Shown here one piece after another: positions 39,141 through 49,164 of a stretch of 64,000 bases of DNA; positions within the stretch are counted from its first letter, which is position 1; every line of letters begins with the position of its first letter. The notes below the pieces were generated by a model. That model was not told where the DNA came from. It did no database searches and was given only the letters and a program-made list of their open reading frames with translations. Origin of the DNA: Dehalococcoidia bacterium (GTDB taxonomy: Bacteria > Chloroflexota > Dehalococcoidia > Lucifugimonadales > JADFKI01); contig OY730226.1 in NCBI GenBank assembly GCA_963422525.1, positions 958,453-1,022,452 on the forward strand. Reading direction: 5' to 3'. A program made the position numbers and the translations under genes.

Positions 39141-39319
39141 CGATTGGCATTCAGGCTCAGGCTTATACCCTTCGCCCATCGGCCTGTTCAGTCGATGCCT
39201 CCCCCCATCCGACAATAAGACGGCAAGCGTGGTTTCCCCCACTTTTGGGCGGCTGTCATCAACGCATTTGTGGCCGGCAGCCGCTATAATGAACTCATTC
39301 ATGCCGAAGAGGTGAGATC

Positions 39320-39838
39320 TTGCGTTCGCCGAATAGCCAAAATGCCGATGTCGCCATTCAGGTCTTCGACGAATTCGAGAGTTTGGTGTGCGTCGCATGG
39401 CTGGATGCGGTCTGCCGGGCGGCGCTGATGCAGGAAGGTGTGGAGCGGCAGGTGAGTCTGGTCATTGCGGATGATGACACTTTGCGCGCGCTGAATGCCA
39501 AGTATCGCGGTAAGGATACGACAACCGACGTGCTCTCCTTCGGGTTCGAAAATCAGGGCGAATACTACGGCGAGGGCGCCTCGCCTTCGGAGTGGTCAGC
39601 GGGCGACCCGTTCGTGCTGCCGCCGGGTGAAGCCGTCAGCCTCGGGGAGGTGCTAATCTCATATCCGCAGGCGGTGCGGCAGGCGGGCGAACACGGGCGC
39701 TCGGTTAAGGTTGAACTTGCCCATCTCGTTGCGCACGGCGTATTGCACCTGATAGGGCTTAATCACCTGAGCGATGCTGAAGAGTTGGCAATGAACTCGA
39801 AGGAATGCTGCATAATAGCGCGCGTGAATGCGGACTAA
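39320..39838 (+). CDS. ybeY: rRNA maturation endoribonuclease YbeY
   Basis: HLVAHGVLHLIGLNH zinc motif and DVLSF motif. 172 aa. The TTG start is uncertain. Confidence 0.88.
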   Translation: MRSPNSQNADVAIQVFDEFESLVCVAWLDAVCRAALMQEGVERQVSLVIADDDTLRALNAKYRGKDTTTDVLSFGFENQGEYYGEGASPSEWSAGDPFVLPPGEAVSLGEVLISYPQAVRQAGEHGRSVKVELAHLVAHGVLHLIGLNHLSDAEELAMNSKECCIIARVNAD

Positions 39839-39887
39839 CCTCCATTCGCAATCTCGATAAGATTGGGGACGAACAGGACTGACCGGT

Positions 39888-41552
39888 ATGGCTGAGGTCT
39901 TTTACAGGAAGTGGCGGCCCAAGAGCCTGAGCGAAGTTGTTGGACAGGAAGCCATCACCAAAACGCTGAAGCAGGCGGTAGCGCAGGGACGTGTGGCGCA
40001 CGCCTACCTGTTCTGCGGCACTCGTGGCACGGGCAAGACGAGCACCGCGCGTATCTTGGCGAAGGCTATCAACTGCCTTTCACCGCAGGACGGCGAGCCT
40101 GATAACGAGTGCCATATCTGTGTCGGCATCAACGAATTCCGCGCTCTCGACCTCATTGAGATCGACGCTGCCAGCAATCGCGGCATCGACGACATACGCG
40201 ACCTAAGCGACAAGGTTCGCTTTTCGCCGAATGAGTCTAGCCGTAAGATATACATTATCGACGAAGTGCACATGCTCACCGAGCCTGCTTTCAACGCTTT
40301 GCTGAAGACGCTCGAAGAGCCACCCGCGCATGCCGTGTTCATCCTTGCGACTACCGAAGCGCATAAAGTGCCGCCGACCATCATATCCCGCTGTCAGCGC
40401 TTCGACTTCCGACGCATTCCGATTGAGCAAATGGTCGCCAAACTCAGCGACATCTGCGCCCAAGAGGGCATTGAAGCGTCGGACGGCGCCCTGCGTACCG
40501 TGTCGCGTATCGCCAACGGCGGCTTGCGCGACGCTGAAAACATCCTGGAGCAGGTATTCGTCTCATACGGTTCGCCCGTCGATGAGGAGAATGTGCGCAA
40601 TCTGCTGGGGCTTGGCGGCGACGAAATGGCGATGGAACTCGTCGTGCACATAATTGGCAAGTCCGTGAGCGAGGGCATCACCGCTATCAACAGCGCCTCC
40701 GAGCAGGGGAACGACCTGCGCCAGCTGTTGCGCGGCGCTCTGGAATACCTGCGCTCGCTGCTGCTCATAAAAACGGGCGCAGGTGTGCAATTCGGCTACT
40801 CCGACGAGATTGCCGAGCGGCTGAACACGCTCGCCGCAGACACGCAGATGGAACATCTTTATCATGCGCTGAAGGTGTTCGCCGGCGTAAACATGCGCCG
40901 CGATTCCGCATCTACCCTGCCGCTCGAACTAGCAATGGTGGAGTCGGCGATGCAGCGGGAGCGTGTTCAGGCAGTGACGGTATCTGCGCCTCGTGGTGAT
41001 GAAGCGCCACAAGCCGCGCCCCTGGGCTACATATCGCCTGCGCCACCGCCGCAAAGTCAGCCATATCCTCGGCCACAGCGCCAAAGCCGGCCGCAGCCGC
41101 CGGCAAGACCGACAGGCGCCCCCATAGGCGCGCCTGCCGACGCTCCGTCCACTGCCGACGAAGATACGCCCACCCAGCCGGCGGCAAGGCTGGAGCATCA
41201 GTGGCGGGCGATTACCTGGGATCTGCGGCATGTCGGCGCACGCTTCATGCTGGGCGCGCTTCTGAATAGTTGCAAAGAGCGCGAGGTCGCCGATGATACC
41301 ATAGTGTTGAAGTTCGCCCATCGCTCCAATATGGAACGCATTCAAGAAGAGCTTGACAACCCCGAAAGTCGCCGCGCCCTGAACGATGCGCTCGTGAAGG
41401 CTATGGGAAGTAGTTATCGAGTGAATGTGTCGCTAGTCAATGACGGCAACGGCTCTGGAACGCAGCCCGCATCGCAAAGAAGCCACTTAGTGCTCGCGGC
41501 GCAGTCGATGGGCGCTAGAATTGTCAGTGAAAAGGAGGAAGAACAACTATGA
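39888..41552 (+). CDS. dnaX: DNA polymerase III subunit gamma/tau
   Basis: YRKWRP, Walker A GTRGTGKTS, the zinc module CLSPQDGEPDNECHIC, DEVHML and SRCQRFDF. Pro-rich linker. Confidence 0.93.
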   Translation: MAEVFYRKWRPKSLSEVVGQEAITKTLKQAVAQGRVAHAYLFCGTRGTGKTSTARILAKAINCLSPQDGEPDNECHICVGINEFRALDLIEIDAASNRGIDDIRDLSDKVRFSPNESSRKIYIIDEVHMLTEPAFNALLKTLEEPPAHAVFILATTEAHKVPPTIISRCQRFDFRRIPIEQMVAKLSDICAQEGIEASDGALRTVSRIANGGLRDAENILEQVFVSYGSPVDEENVRNLLGLGGDEMAMELVVHIIGKSVSEGITAINSASEQGNDLRQLLRGALEYLRSLLLIKTGAGVQFGYSDEIAERLNTLAADTQMEHLYHALKVFAGVNMRRDSASTLPLELAMVESAMQRERVQAVTVSAPRGDEAPQAAPLGYISPAPPPQSQPYPRPQRQSRPQPPARPTGAPIGAPADAPSTADEDTPTQPAARLEHQWRAITWDLRHVGARFMLGALLNSCKEREVADDTIVLKFAHRSNMERIQEELDNPESRRALNDALVKAMGSSYRVNVSLVNDGNGSGTQPASQRSHLVLAAQSMGARIVSEKEEEQL

Positions 41553-41857
41553 TGAACCGAAAGATGATGAAGCAGGCTCAGCAAATTCAAAAGCAGATGG
41601 TGAAACTGCAAGAGGAGCTGGAATCCACAACGGTTACTGCCACAGTCGGCGGCGGCGCGGTTACGGTGTCTGTGAGCGGCAAGATGAAGGTGGAATCCAT
41701 CAGCATAGACCCGGACGCCGTGTCCCCCGAAGATGTCGAAATACTCGAAGATCTCGTGCTCGCGGCTGTCAATGAGGGGCTGGACAAGGCGCAGCGGATG
41801 GCATCTGATAAGATGGGCGCGCTGACTGGAGGAATGAACATACCGGGGCTCTTCTAG
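41549..41857 (+). CDS. ybaB: YbaB/EbfC family nucleoid-associated protein
   Basis: 102 aa, with MMKQAQQIQKQMVKLQEELE... and the typical C-terminus. It overlaps the dnaX stop (ATGA). Confidence 0.9.
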   Translation: MMNRKMMKQAQQIQKQMVKLQEELESTTVTATVGGGAVTVSVSGKMKVESISIDPDAVSPEDVEILEDLVLAAVNEGLDKAQRMASDKMGALTGGMNIPGLF

Positions 41858-41904
41858 CCACTCAGCGCCTTGTGCTCCTACAGCGGCGATAATGGAGTTG
41901 CTAT

Positions 41905-43530
41905 ATGACAAGCCAGCAATGGAACAACAGCCTGTATTTCGGCGACAACCTGAACATACTCAGGGAACATATCGCCGCTGACAGCGTTGACCTAATCTAT
42001 CTGGACCCGCCATTCAACTCCAACGCCACCTATAATGTGCTGTTCAGAGAGCGCAGCGGCGAGGAATCTTCAGCGCAAATCACTGCTTTCGACGACACTT
42101 GGCGCTGGGGACTTGAGTCCGAGCTCGCCTATCGCGAAGTGGTTACGGACGGCCCCGGAGCGCTGGCTGATATGCTTCAGGCGATGCGCTCCTTCCTGGG
42201 GCAGAACGACATGATGGCGTACCTGACGATGATGGCGCAGCGGATGATTGAGCTTCACCGCGTACTCAAGCCCACAGGCAGCATCTACCTCCACTGCGAT
42301 CCCACAGCCAGCCACTACCTCAAACTGATGCTGGATGCCGTGTTCGGCGCTAGGAATTTCAAGAATGAAATTGCCTGGAAAAGAACCTCCGCACATAGTG
42401 ATTCAAGTGCATGTGGGCGCACACACGACGTCATTTTTCTTTACACCAAGGATAGGACAAAGTTTTTATGGAATCGTCAGTATCAAAGCTACGATCCAGA
42501 GTACATAGAATCGCATTATCGTCGTGAGACTGCTGATGGCTGCCGTTATCGAACTGATAACTTAACGGCGACGGGGTTGAGTGGCGGCGGGTATGAATAT
42601 GAGTGGAACGGTGTGACTCGCGTATGGCGCTCGCCTCGTGGAACGATGGAACGATTGCATAATGAGGGCAGAATACACTACACACGGAACGGTGCAGCAG
42701 AATACATACGCTATCTGGACGAAATGCCCGGCGTACCGCTCCAGGATGTTTGGACAGACATTCCGCCCATCAACTCCCAAGCGCGCGAACGCCTAGGCTA
42801 CCCCACGCAAAAGCCCGAGGCCCTGCTGGAGCGTATCGTCAGCGCGTCCAGCAACGAAGGCGATGTCGTGCTCGACCCGTTCTGTGGCTGTGGCACGGCG
42901 ACCGCCGCCGCCGAGCGGCTCAAGCGCCGTTGGATTGGCATCGACATCACCCACCTCGCAATATCGCTGGTGCGCCACAGGCTGCACGACTCTTTCGGCA
43001 GCGACCTGCGCCCGTATGAGGTCAGCGGCGACCCTAAGAACCTAGCCGGCGCACAAGCATTGGCGCAGCACGACCGCTACCAGTTCGAGTGGTGGGCGCT
43101 GGGGCTGGTTGATGCCAGACCCGCGCAGGACAAGCGCAGGGGAGCCGATTCTGGCATCGACGGCTACATCAATTTCTTCGACGACAACAGCGGCAGGGCG
43201 AAGCGTATTATCGTACAAGTCAAGAGCGGCAATGTGAGTGTGTCCCAGATACGCGACCACAAAGGCGTTCTGGAGCGTGAGCAGGCTGAAATCGGCATAT
43301 CCATCACGCTGGCGCCACCCACAAATCCGATGCGCAACGAAGCGCTCTCCACCGGCATCTACGCGCCCGAACACTACCCGAATCACCGGTTCCCGCGTCT
43401 GCAGATTCTCACCATCCAAGATTTGCTTTCGGGACGAGCTGCGCAGTATCCGCGTGTGGCGCCGCAGGCAACTTTCCGGCAGGCGCCCCGCCGCCAATCC
43501 GACAACGCCGAACAGATGATGATGGTGTAA
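41905..43530 (+). CDS. Beta-class N6/N4 DNA methyltransferase fused to a C-terminal Mrr-like (PD-(D/E)xK) domain
   Basis: Motif [14 protein letters not shown] precedes motif [20 protein letters not shown] (PF01555 order). The C-terminal 130 aa or so has GADSGIDGY...IIVQVKSG, resembling the Mrr_cat restriction endonuclease core. TGGAG RBS. Confidence 0.82.
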   Translation: MTSQQWNNSLYFGDNLNILREHIAADSVDLIYLDPPFNSNATYNVLFRERSGEESSAQITAFDDTWRWGLESELAYREVVTDGPGALADMLQAMRSFLGQNDMMAYLTMMAQRMIELHRVLKPTGSIYLHCDPTASHYLKLMLDAVFGARNFKNEIAWKRTSAHSDSSACGRTHDVIFLYTKDRTKFLWNRQYQSYDPEYIESHYRRETADGCRYRTDNLTATGLSGGGYEYEWNGVTRVWRSPRGTMERLHNEGRIHYTRNGAAEYIRYLDEMPGVPLQDVWTDIPPINSQARERLGYPTQKPEALLERIVSASSNEGDVVLDPFCGCGTATAAAERLKRRWIGIDITHLAISLVRHRLHDSFGSDLRPYEVSGDPKNLAGAQALAQHDRYQFEWWALGLVDARPAQDKRRGADSGIDGYINFFDDNSGRAKRIIVQVKSGNVSVSQIRDHKGVLEREQAEIGISITLAPPTNPMRNEALSTGIYAPEHYPNHRFPRLQILTIQDLLSGRAAQYPRVAPQATFRQAPRRQSDNAEQMMMV

Positions 43531-43545
43531 CTACGGAGCATTTTG

Positions 43546-44157
43546 ATGACGATCGACGGAACTTTCGCCGCTGCGCCTGTGGCTCGGCTTGCGGACGAGT
43601 TTAGCAAGCTTCCGGGGATTGGGCCCAAGACAGCGCAGCGCTTGACCTATTATCTGGTGCGCATGCCGGAAGAGGACGCGCGCGCGCTTGCAGAGGCGAT
43701 TATCGCCGTAAAGGAGCGCATCGTCTTCTGCTCCCAATGCTTTAACATAACTGATTCCGACCCGTGCGCCGTCTGCGCCAACCCGCGCCGCGACCGCACG
43801 CGCATCTGCGTCGTGGAAGAGGCGCTCGACGTGCTGGCGTTGGAGCGCACGAACACTTACAGAGGGATGTACCATGTGTTGCATGGCGTAATATCCCCTA
43901 TGAACGGCATCGGGCCGAGCGACCTGCGAATTCAGCCTCTCCTAGAGCGCTTGAATGGCGAGGACATCCAGGAAGTCATACTCGCCACCAATCCCAACCT
44001 TGAGGGCGAAGCCACATCAATGTACATCCAGCAGCTGATTGCGCCCCTGGGGATACGGGTTACGCGCCCTGCGCGCGGCTTGCCGGTGGGCGGCGACCTA
44101 GAATATGCCGATGAGGTTACACTGGGACGCGCCATCGAAGGCAGGCAAGAGTTTTGA
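43546..44157 (+). CDS. recR: Recombination protein RecR
   Basis: LPGIGPKTAQRL helix-hairpin-helix, the zinc finger CSQCFNITDSDPCAVC, and a Toprim region. The ATG at 43546 lies 7 nt after GGAG. Confidence 0.93.
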   Translation: MTIDGTFAAAPVARLADEFSKLPGIGPKTAQRLTYYLVRMPEEDARALAEAIIAVKERIVFCSQCFNITDSDPCAVCANPRRDRTRICVVEEALDVLALERTNTYRGMYHVLHGVISPMNGIGPSDLRIQPLLERLNGEDIQEVILATNPNLEGEATSMYIQQLIAPLGIRVTRPARGLPVGGDLEYADEVTLGRAIEGRQEF

Positions 44158-44193
44158 TGCCAACATCGATGGGCAGAATGGATAGGATAGGCT

Positions 44194-44955
44194 TTGAGCC
44201 GACTTAGGACATACCGAACTGAGGCGGTGGTCATCCGTCAAATGCCGCTAGGCGAAGCTGACCGCATACTGACACTGTGCTCGCCCGACATGGGCAAGGT
44301 GCGCGCCGTCGCTAAAGGCGTCCGCCGCACGAAGAGCAGGATGGGCGGACATCTCGACCTGCTCAACCATGCCGCCGTGTCGCTGGCGCGCGGCAGAAAC
44401 CTCGACGCCATCAGCGAGGCGTCCGCAATCTCCACATTCGGCGGCATTCGCGCGGACTTGCGGCGGGTATCCCGCGCCCTGTATGTCGCCGAACTCGTGG
44501 ACCGATTTTCTATGGAGGGAAACGGCAATCTAGCCGCCTACCTGCTGCTACTGAATACGCTTGGCTGGCTGGAGCGCGCGCCTAATCTCGACCTGCTGCT
44601 GCGCTGGTTCGAATTGCGCCTTCTGGACTACTCCGGCTACATGCCTGAGCTTGTGCACTGCATCGAATGTCGTGAATGGCTCGAACCCGGCGACCACTTG
44701 TTCACCTGCGAGGGCGGCGGCGCGCTCTGCCCTCAGTGCCGCTCCGGCTCCTACAGCCCGCTGATTCCCGTCCCCGTGAGCGCCATGAAGACCCTGCGCT
44801 TCTTGCAGCGTGAAGCGGATTTTGGCAAGATGGCGGCGCTGAATGTAGGCGACCGTGTGCTGAAGGACATCGAGCGCTTGATGCGCGCCTACATCCGGCA
44901 CATCATCGAACGCGAAGTTAAGAGCGCCGAGTTTATGAACCTAACAACGAGTTAA
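44194..44955 (+). CDS. recO: DNA repair protein RecO
   Basis: N-terminal OB-fold pattern (TEAVVIRQMPLGEADRILTL) and the zinc motif CIEC...CPQC. TTG start. Confidence 0.88.
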   Translation: MSRLRTYRTEAVVIRQMPLGEADRILTLCSPDMGKVRAVAKGVRRTKSRMGGHLDLLNHAAVSLARGRNLDAISEASAISTFGGIRADLRRVSRALYVAELVDRFSMEGNGNLAAYLLLLNTLGWLERAPNLDLLLRWFELRLLDYSGYMPELVHCIECREWLEPGDHLFTCEGGGALCPQCRSGSYSPLIPVPVSAMKTLRFLQREADFGKMAALNVGDRVLKDIERLMRAYIRHIIEREVKSAEFMNLTTS

Positions 44956-44957
44956 GT

Positions 44958-46364
44958 TTGACAGACAGGATAGACAGAATGACAAATGCGGACGACAGGC
45001 TAAAAATCGATAATGCGCGGTTCATCCTAACGGTTGACGCCGGGCGCAGAATTATCAGCGATGGCTCAATCCTGATTCAGAATGGGCGCATCGTCGAGGT
45101 CGGCAAGGCGGCAGCTCTGGAATCTGCGCCGGCGGACCGCGTGATCGACGCGAGTGAGATGGTCGTAACACCCGGCATGCTGAACGGACACGCCCATATC
45201 AGCTACGCACACGCCACGCGCGGCATATTCCCCGACACACTCGGGCCGGATTACCTGCCCAATGTGTTCCGGCTTCAAGGCGAACTGAATGAGGAAGCCG
45301 AGTATTACACGAGCCTGCTTGCTATCACCGAACTGCTTAAGGGTGGTACAACCTGCTTTATGGACCCCGGAAGCACAAAGTTCCTCGACGCAAGCATGGA
45401 CGCATACGAGCAGTCAGGATGCCGCATCATCATCGGCACGCATGTTACCGACAAACCCAATCCCGTGAACCTACCGCAGTACTCGACCGCCGAAGCCGTC
45501 GCCATCATGGAAAACACAATACGCGAGTATGACCATCGCCTCGACGACAGAGTAAGGGCGTGGGCGATGCCGTTCGACGCCAGCTACTCCACAGACGGAC
45601 TGCTGCGCGCCGCCAAACGTCTTGCCGATGAGTACAACACCGGCTTCACGCTCCACCAGATAAACATGCCAGCCGTCGTGGAAGAGAGCGTCAGAACGCA
45701 CGGCATGCGACCGATAGAGTATCTCGAATCGTTAGGCGCGCTCGGTGAAAATGTGCTTCTGTCGCATGTAATTGGCGTCGATGACGCCGAGATGGACGCT
45801 ATGGCGCGCACGGGCACGACGACGGTCATGTGCCCGTCGCAGACGCTGAAGCAGGGCAGCGGCATCACGCGGATAGGCAAACTGCCGGAGCTGCTTGAGC
45901 GGGGCATCAGCGTCGGGCTTGGCACCGATGCGCCGAACAACTCCAACCTGATGGAGACGATGCGCGCGATGTACCTAGCGGCGATCATATACAAGGACGC
46001 GCGCCAGGACACGAGCATGATCCCGCCTGAAACGGCGCTGGAACTTGCGACTATTCGCGGGGCGGCGGCGTTCGGCATGGCAGACGAAATCGGCTCCATA
46101 GAGGTCGGCAAGAAAGCCGATATTGTGCTGTTCGATACGCGCCGCGCGGAGTGGCGCACGCTGTTCAATCCAGTAAACAATCTGGTGTACAACGCAGACG
46201 GCAGAAGCGTCCACACCGTCTTGGTGGATGGCAAAGTGGTCATCGAAAACTACAAGCCCGCGTTCGTGGATGAGTGGACGCTCATCCAGAAGGTGCAGCA
46301 GATTGGGGAGGATGTGCTGGCGCGGACGGGCGTGTCGTTCCCGTCGCGATGGCCCGTGATGTAG
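44958..46364 (+). CDS. Amidohydrolase family protein (chlorohydrolase / nucleoside deaminase-like)
   Basis: Metal-ligand HxH (NGHAHIS), later HQI, SHVIG and a GTDAPN aspartate motif. The start may be the ATG at 44982. Confidence 0.82.
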   Translation: MTDRIDRMTNADDRLKIDNARFILTVDAGRRIISDGSILIQNGRIVEVGKAAALESAPADRVIDASEMVVTPGMLNGHAHISYAHATRGIFPDTLGPDYLPNVFRLQGELNEEAEYYTSLLAITELLKGGTTCFMDPGSTKFLDASMDAYEQSGCRIIIGTHVTDKPNPVNLPQYSTAEAVAIMENTIREYDHRLDDRVRAWAMPFDASYSTDGLLRAAKRLADEYNTGFTLHQINMPAVVEESVRTHGMRPIEYLESLGALGENVLLSHVIGVDDAEMDAMARTGTTTVMCPSQTLKQGSGITRIGKLPELLERGISVGLGTDAPNNSNLMETMRAMYLAAIIYKDARQDTSMIPPETALELATIRGAAAFGMADEIGSIEVGKKADIVLFDTRRAEWRTLFNPVNNLVYNADGRSVHTVLVDGKVVIENYKPAFVDEWTLIQKVQQIGEDVLARTGVSFPSRWPVM

Positions 46365-46497
46365 CGCAGGCCGCCAACTAGTGCGCTGAGATGGGCGGAC
46401 AGGCAAGAGTCGACCGATGCGCGAATATCGATCTTGCCGCCTCTAACGCCGCAATCTCATCCTGCCGGCTTTCTCAGAGGCAGCTCAGCGTCTTCAC

Positions 46498-47517
46498 TCA
46501 GGACAGCGCCGTCTCCCTCTGATAAACCTGGATGCGATGGCGGCAACTATCCACCACATATATCCGATAGTCGTCATCAATCCTGACCGAAGTAGGTCCC
46601 CAAAAGTACTTTTCGATACTGGCAGACTCGTCCCGCGCGTCGTAGATGGTGAGCGGGTCCAGAATGGGTTCCAGATCGGCTTTCTGCCGCTCCTCCAGCT
46701 CATCAGGATTGGCGCGGAAGTACTCCTCGGACCATGTGGACATCCCGGCGTCGCCCCGCAAGGCGGCAAAAAACCTGCCTTCTGCGTCAAGAACCTGTAC
46801 GCGGTGGTTGCCCCAGTCGGCAATATACAAGTTGCCATCATCGTCGAGGCTCACCCCTGACGGCCTATGCAGCTGGCCTTCTCCCGCTCCGGGTGTGCCG
46901 AAAACCGCAAGATGCTTGCCGTCGGCATCAAACTTCTGCACCCTGTCGTTGCGCCAATCCGCGACGAAGACATCGCCGTCTGCACCCACACTCACGCCCC
47001 ACGGAACATTGAACTCGCCGCAGCCACTGCCGGCGCTTCCCCAGCCACCGAGGTAGCGCCCTTCGTAAGTGAACCTTTGCACGCGATTGTTAAGGCCGTC
47101 CGCAACCAGCAGGTTGTCATCACCGTCGAAGGCAATGCCCGCAGGTCGGTTGAACTCCCCCTCTCCCGTTCCCCGAACACCCCAGCTTTCCACAAAGCCA
47201 CCATCTCTGTCGAAAATGCTGATGCGGTGCAGCGCTTCGTCAGACACGAACAGGTAGCCGTCGTCGCTCATTGCCATGGCGCATGGCCACATCATCTCTC
47301 CACGCCCAACTCCACCCTTTCCGAACTCGCCGATGTAGCCTTCCTCGACGGTGCAGATGGATATACGCTTGGAAACCATGCGCTCCGTTACATCCGAGCC
47401 GGCGCGGTTCAACACATACAGAAGCCCACCTTCGCCCACAACGAGGTCAACAGGGTTATTGAAGCCCCGTCCGCTGACGGAAAGGAAGCCTATGGTGTGG
47501 CTGTAACGATAATTCAT
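46498..47517 (-). CDS. NHL-repeat beta-propeller protein
   Basis: Six repeats of the GxG.G.F..P.G...D..G...VAD..N.R.Q.F type. Confidence 0.82.
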   Translation of the reverse strand: MNYRYSHTIGFLSVSGRGFNNPVDLVVGEGGLLYVLNRAGSDVTERMVSKRISICTVEEGYIGEFGKGGVGRGEMMWPCAMAMSDDGYLFVSDEALHRISIFDRDGGFVESWGVRGTGEGEFNRPAGIAFDGDDNLLVADGLNNRVQRFTYEGRYLGGWGSAGSGCGEFNVPWGVSVGADGDVFVADWRNDRVQKFDADGKHLAVFGTPGAGEGQLHRPSGVSLDDDGNLYIADWGNHRVQVLDAEGRFFAALRGDAGMSTWSEEYFRANPDELEERQKADLEPILDPLTIYDARDESASIEKYFWGPTSVRIDDDYRIYVVDSCRHRIQVYQRETALS

Positions 47518-47537
47518 GCGCCTTTCCGTTCAATAGT

Positions 47538-48974
47538 TCACGCCAGCTGATACTCGCGTGAGGATGCGACAAGCTGCATCATCTCGACTATCCGCCGCAC
47601 TGCCTCCGTTTCGTCCGCATCCGTCCCAAAGCGCAGATCCCCTTGCAGCGAAGCGTGTTCATCTAGTTCGCGCCGTGTTCGTTCCGACGCCGCGATACCG
47701 CCCATCATGTCGAGGCACTCATCAACGAACTGCGGCGGCGACAGGCTTTTGCGCCGTCCCCTGAGGCTGTCGATGATGTAGCGAACTCCCGGCTTGTTCG
47801 CGTCGGAGAACAGATCCACGGCAAAATTGATTCGGTTGACCAACCCCGCTGTGTTTATCCATTCCGTCCCCGTATGCCACCCTTCTACGCTGGGCGGGTC
47901 GAGGATGTTCTGGCCCATGAAGTTCGCCTGAAGCCCTAGGCGGATGTCCTCGACCGCCGGAAACTCGTAGCTTCTGCTCAGGCGCGCAGAGCCGACGACC
48001 ATCTCAACCGGGCTTTTCACCCTGCGAAATGCCGATTGCTTGAAGAAGTCGGAATTGAACAGTGTCCTCAACACCGACCGAATGTCGTATTCGTGCGTCA
48101 CCAAGGCTGCAGCCAACAGGTCGATCGCATACGGATCCTTGGGAGGGACTGTCTGCCATGCCGGCGCCGGCGCCTCGTCTGCCACGAAGAAGTTGTAGAT
48201 ATGCCGCGCCACGAAGCGCGCCGTTGCCGGGTTCCTGCAAATGATGTCTATCACTTCTTCGCCGTCGAAGTCGCCGCGCTCGCCTAGAAACGCCTTTTCG
48301 CCGTTGTCATGGTCTTCGCTCAAGTATTCGAACTGCCAGTCAAGCCTTCCATAGGGCCAGACCGAATCACGCGAGACCCTAGATGCGTGCAACGATGCGT
48401 TGCGTATTGTCCAGCCCGTGAACGCCCTAGAACACTGGCGCACATCGTCTTCCGTGTAGTTGCCCACACCCATCGAGAACAGCTCCAGGATTTCCCGCCC
48501 ATAGTTCTCGTTCACGGCGTCCTTGCGATTGTCCTTGTTATCGAGCCAGAACAGCATAGCAGGGTCCCGTGAAAGCTCGACCAGCAGATTGCGAAAGCTT
48601 CCCAGCCCGTGTCTGCGGAACATCTCCACCTGTTTCAGGATTGCCTTAGGCTGATTCAGCTTGGTGTAGCCGGTAGCGAAGATATGGTGCCAGAAGAGCG
48701 CTATCTTCTCCTCCAATGGGCGGCGCGTGTTAATCATGCGGTATAGCCAGTAAGCCTGGCAGCTTTCCACATAGATAAGGCTATTCTGGTCGATGTGATA
48801 CCGCCGTATCAGGTCCTCATCCTCGAGAGCGGGCGGCGCTTCCTCAGGATGAAGCAACTCTTCCACCGTCGCTTCGTAACCTTGAGCCGCGTACCTCTCC
48901 AGCTCCCAGCGACCTGCGCCAAACCCTGCGCGGCGCAGCAAATGCGCCATCAGCGCCAAATCCCTGTCAGCCAT
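47538..48974 (-). CDS. DUF1800 domain protein
   Basis: The HLLRRAGFGA opening and overall length and pattern are typical of DUF1800. The ATG at 48974 follows an AGGGGG RBS; the ORF track extends to 49022. Confidence 0.7.
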   Translation of the reverse strand: MADRDLALMAHLLRRAGFGAGRWELERYAAQGYEATVEELLHPEEAPPALEDEDLIRRYHIDQNSLIYVESCQAYWLYRMINTRRPLEEKIALFWHHIFATGYTKLNQPKAILKQVEMFRRHGLGSFRNLLVELSRDPAMLFWLDNKDNRKDAVNENYGREILELFSMGVGNYTEDDVRQCSRAFTGWTIRNASLHASRVSRDSVWPYGRLDWQFEYLSEDHDNGEKAFLGERGDFDGEEVIDIICRNPATARFVARHIYNFFVADEAPAPAWQTVPPKDPYAIDLLAAALVTHEYDIRSVLRTLFNSDFFKQSAFRRVKSPVEMVVGSARLSRSYEFPAVEDIRLGLQANFMGQNILDPPSVEGWHTGTEWINTAGLVNRINFAVDLFSDANKPGVRYIIDSLRGRRKSLSPPQFVDECLDMMGGIAASERTRRELDEHASLQGDLRFGTDADETEAVRRIVEMMQLVASSREYQLA

Positions 48975-49164
48975 TGCTCGCCCCCTTGCTTGTGTCACAT
49001 CAACGCCGCCTCTGCGCTGCATTATACTTCACCGCTGCCAAGAGCCTCAACCGCCAGCCCATCCTCGCTTGGCAGGTCTGCGCCCGCAGACCACCTCAAC
49101 TCAGGCGCTCGCAAACCCAATATATTGCCGCACCCTTGGCTGGCTGTGCTAATATAGTCGATAT

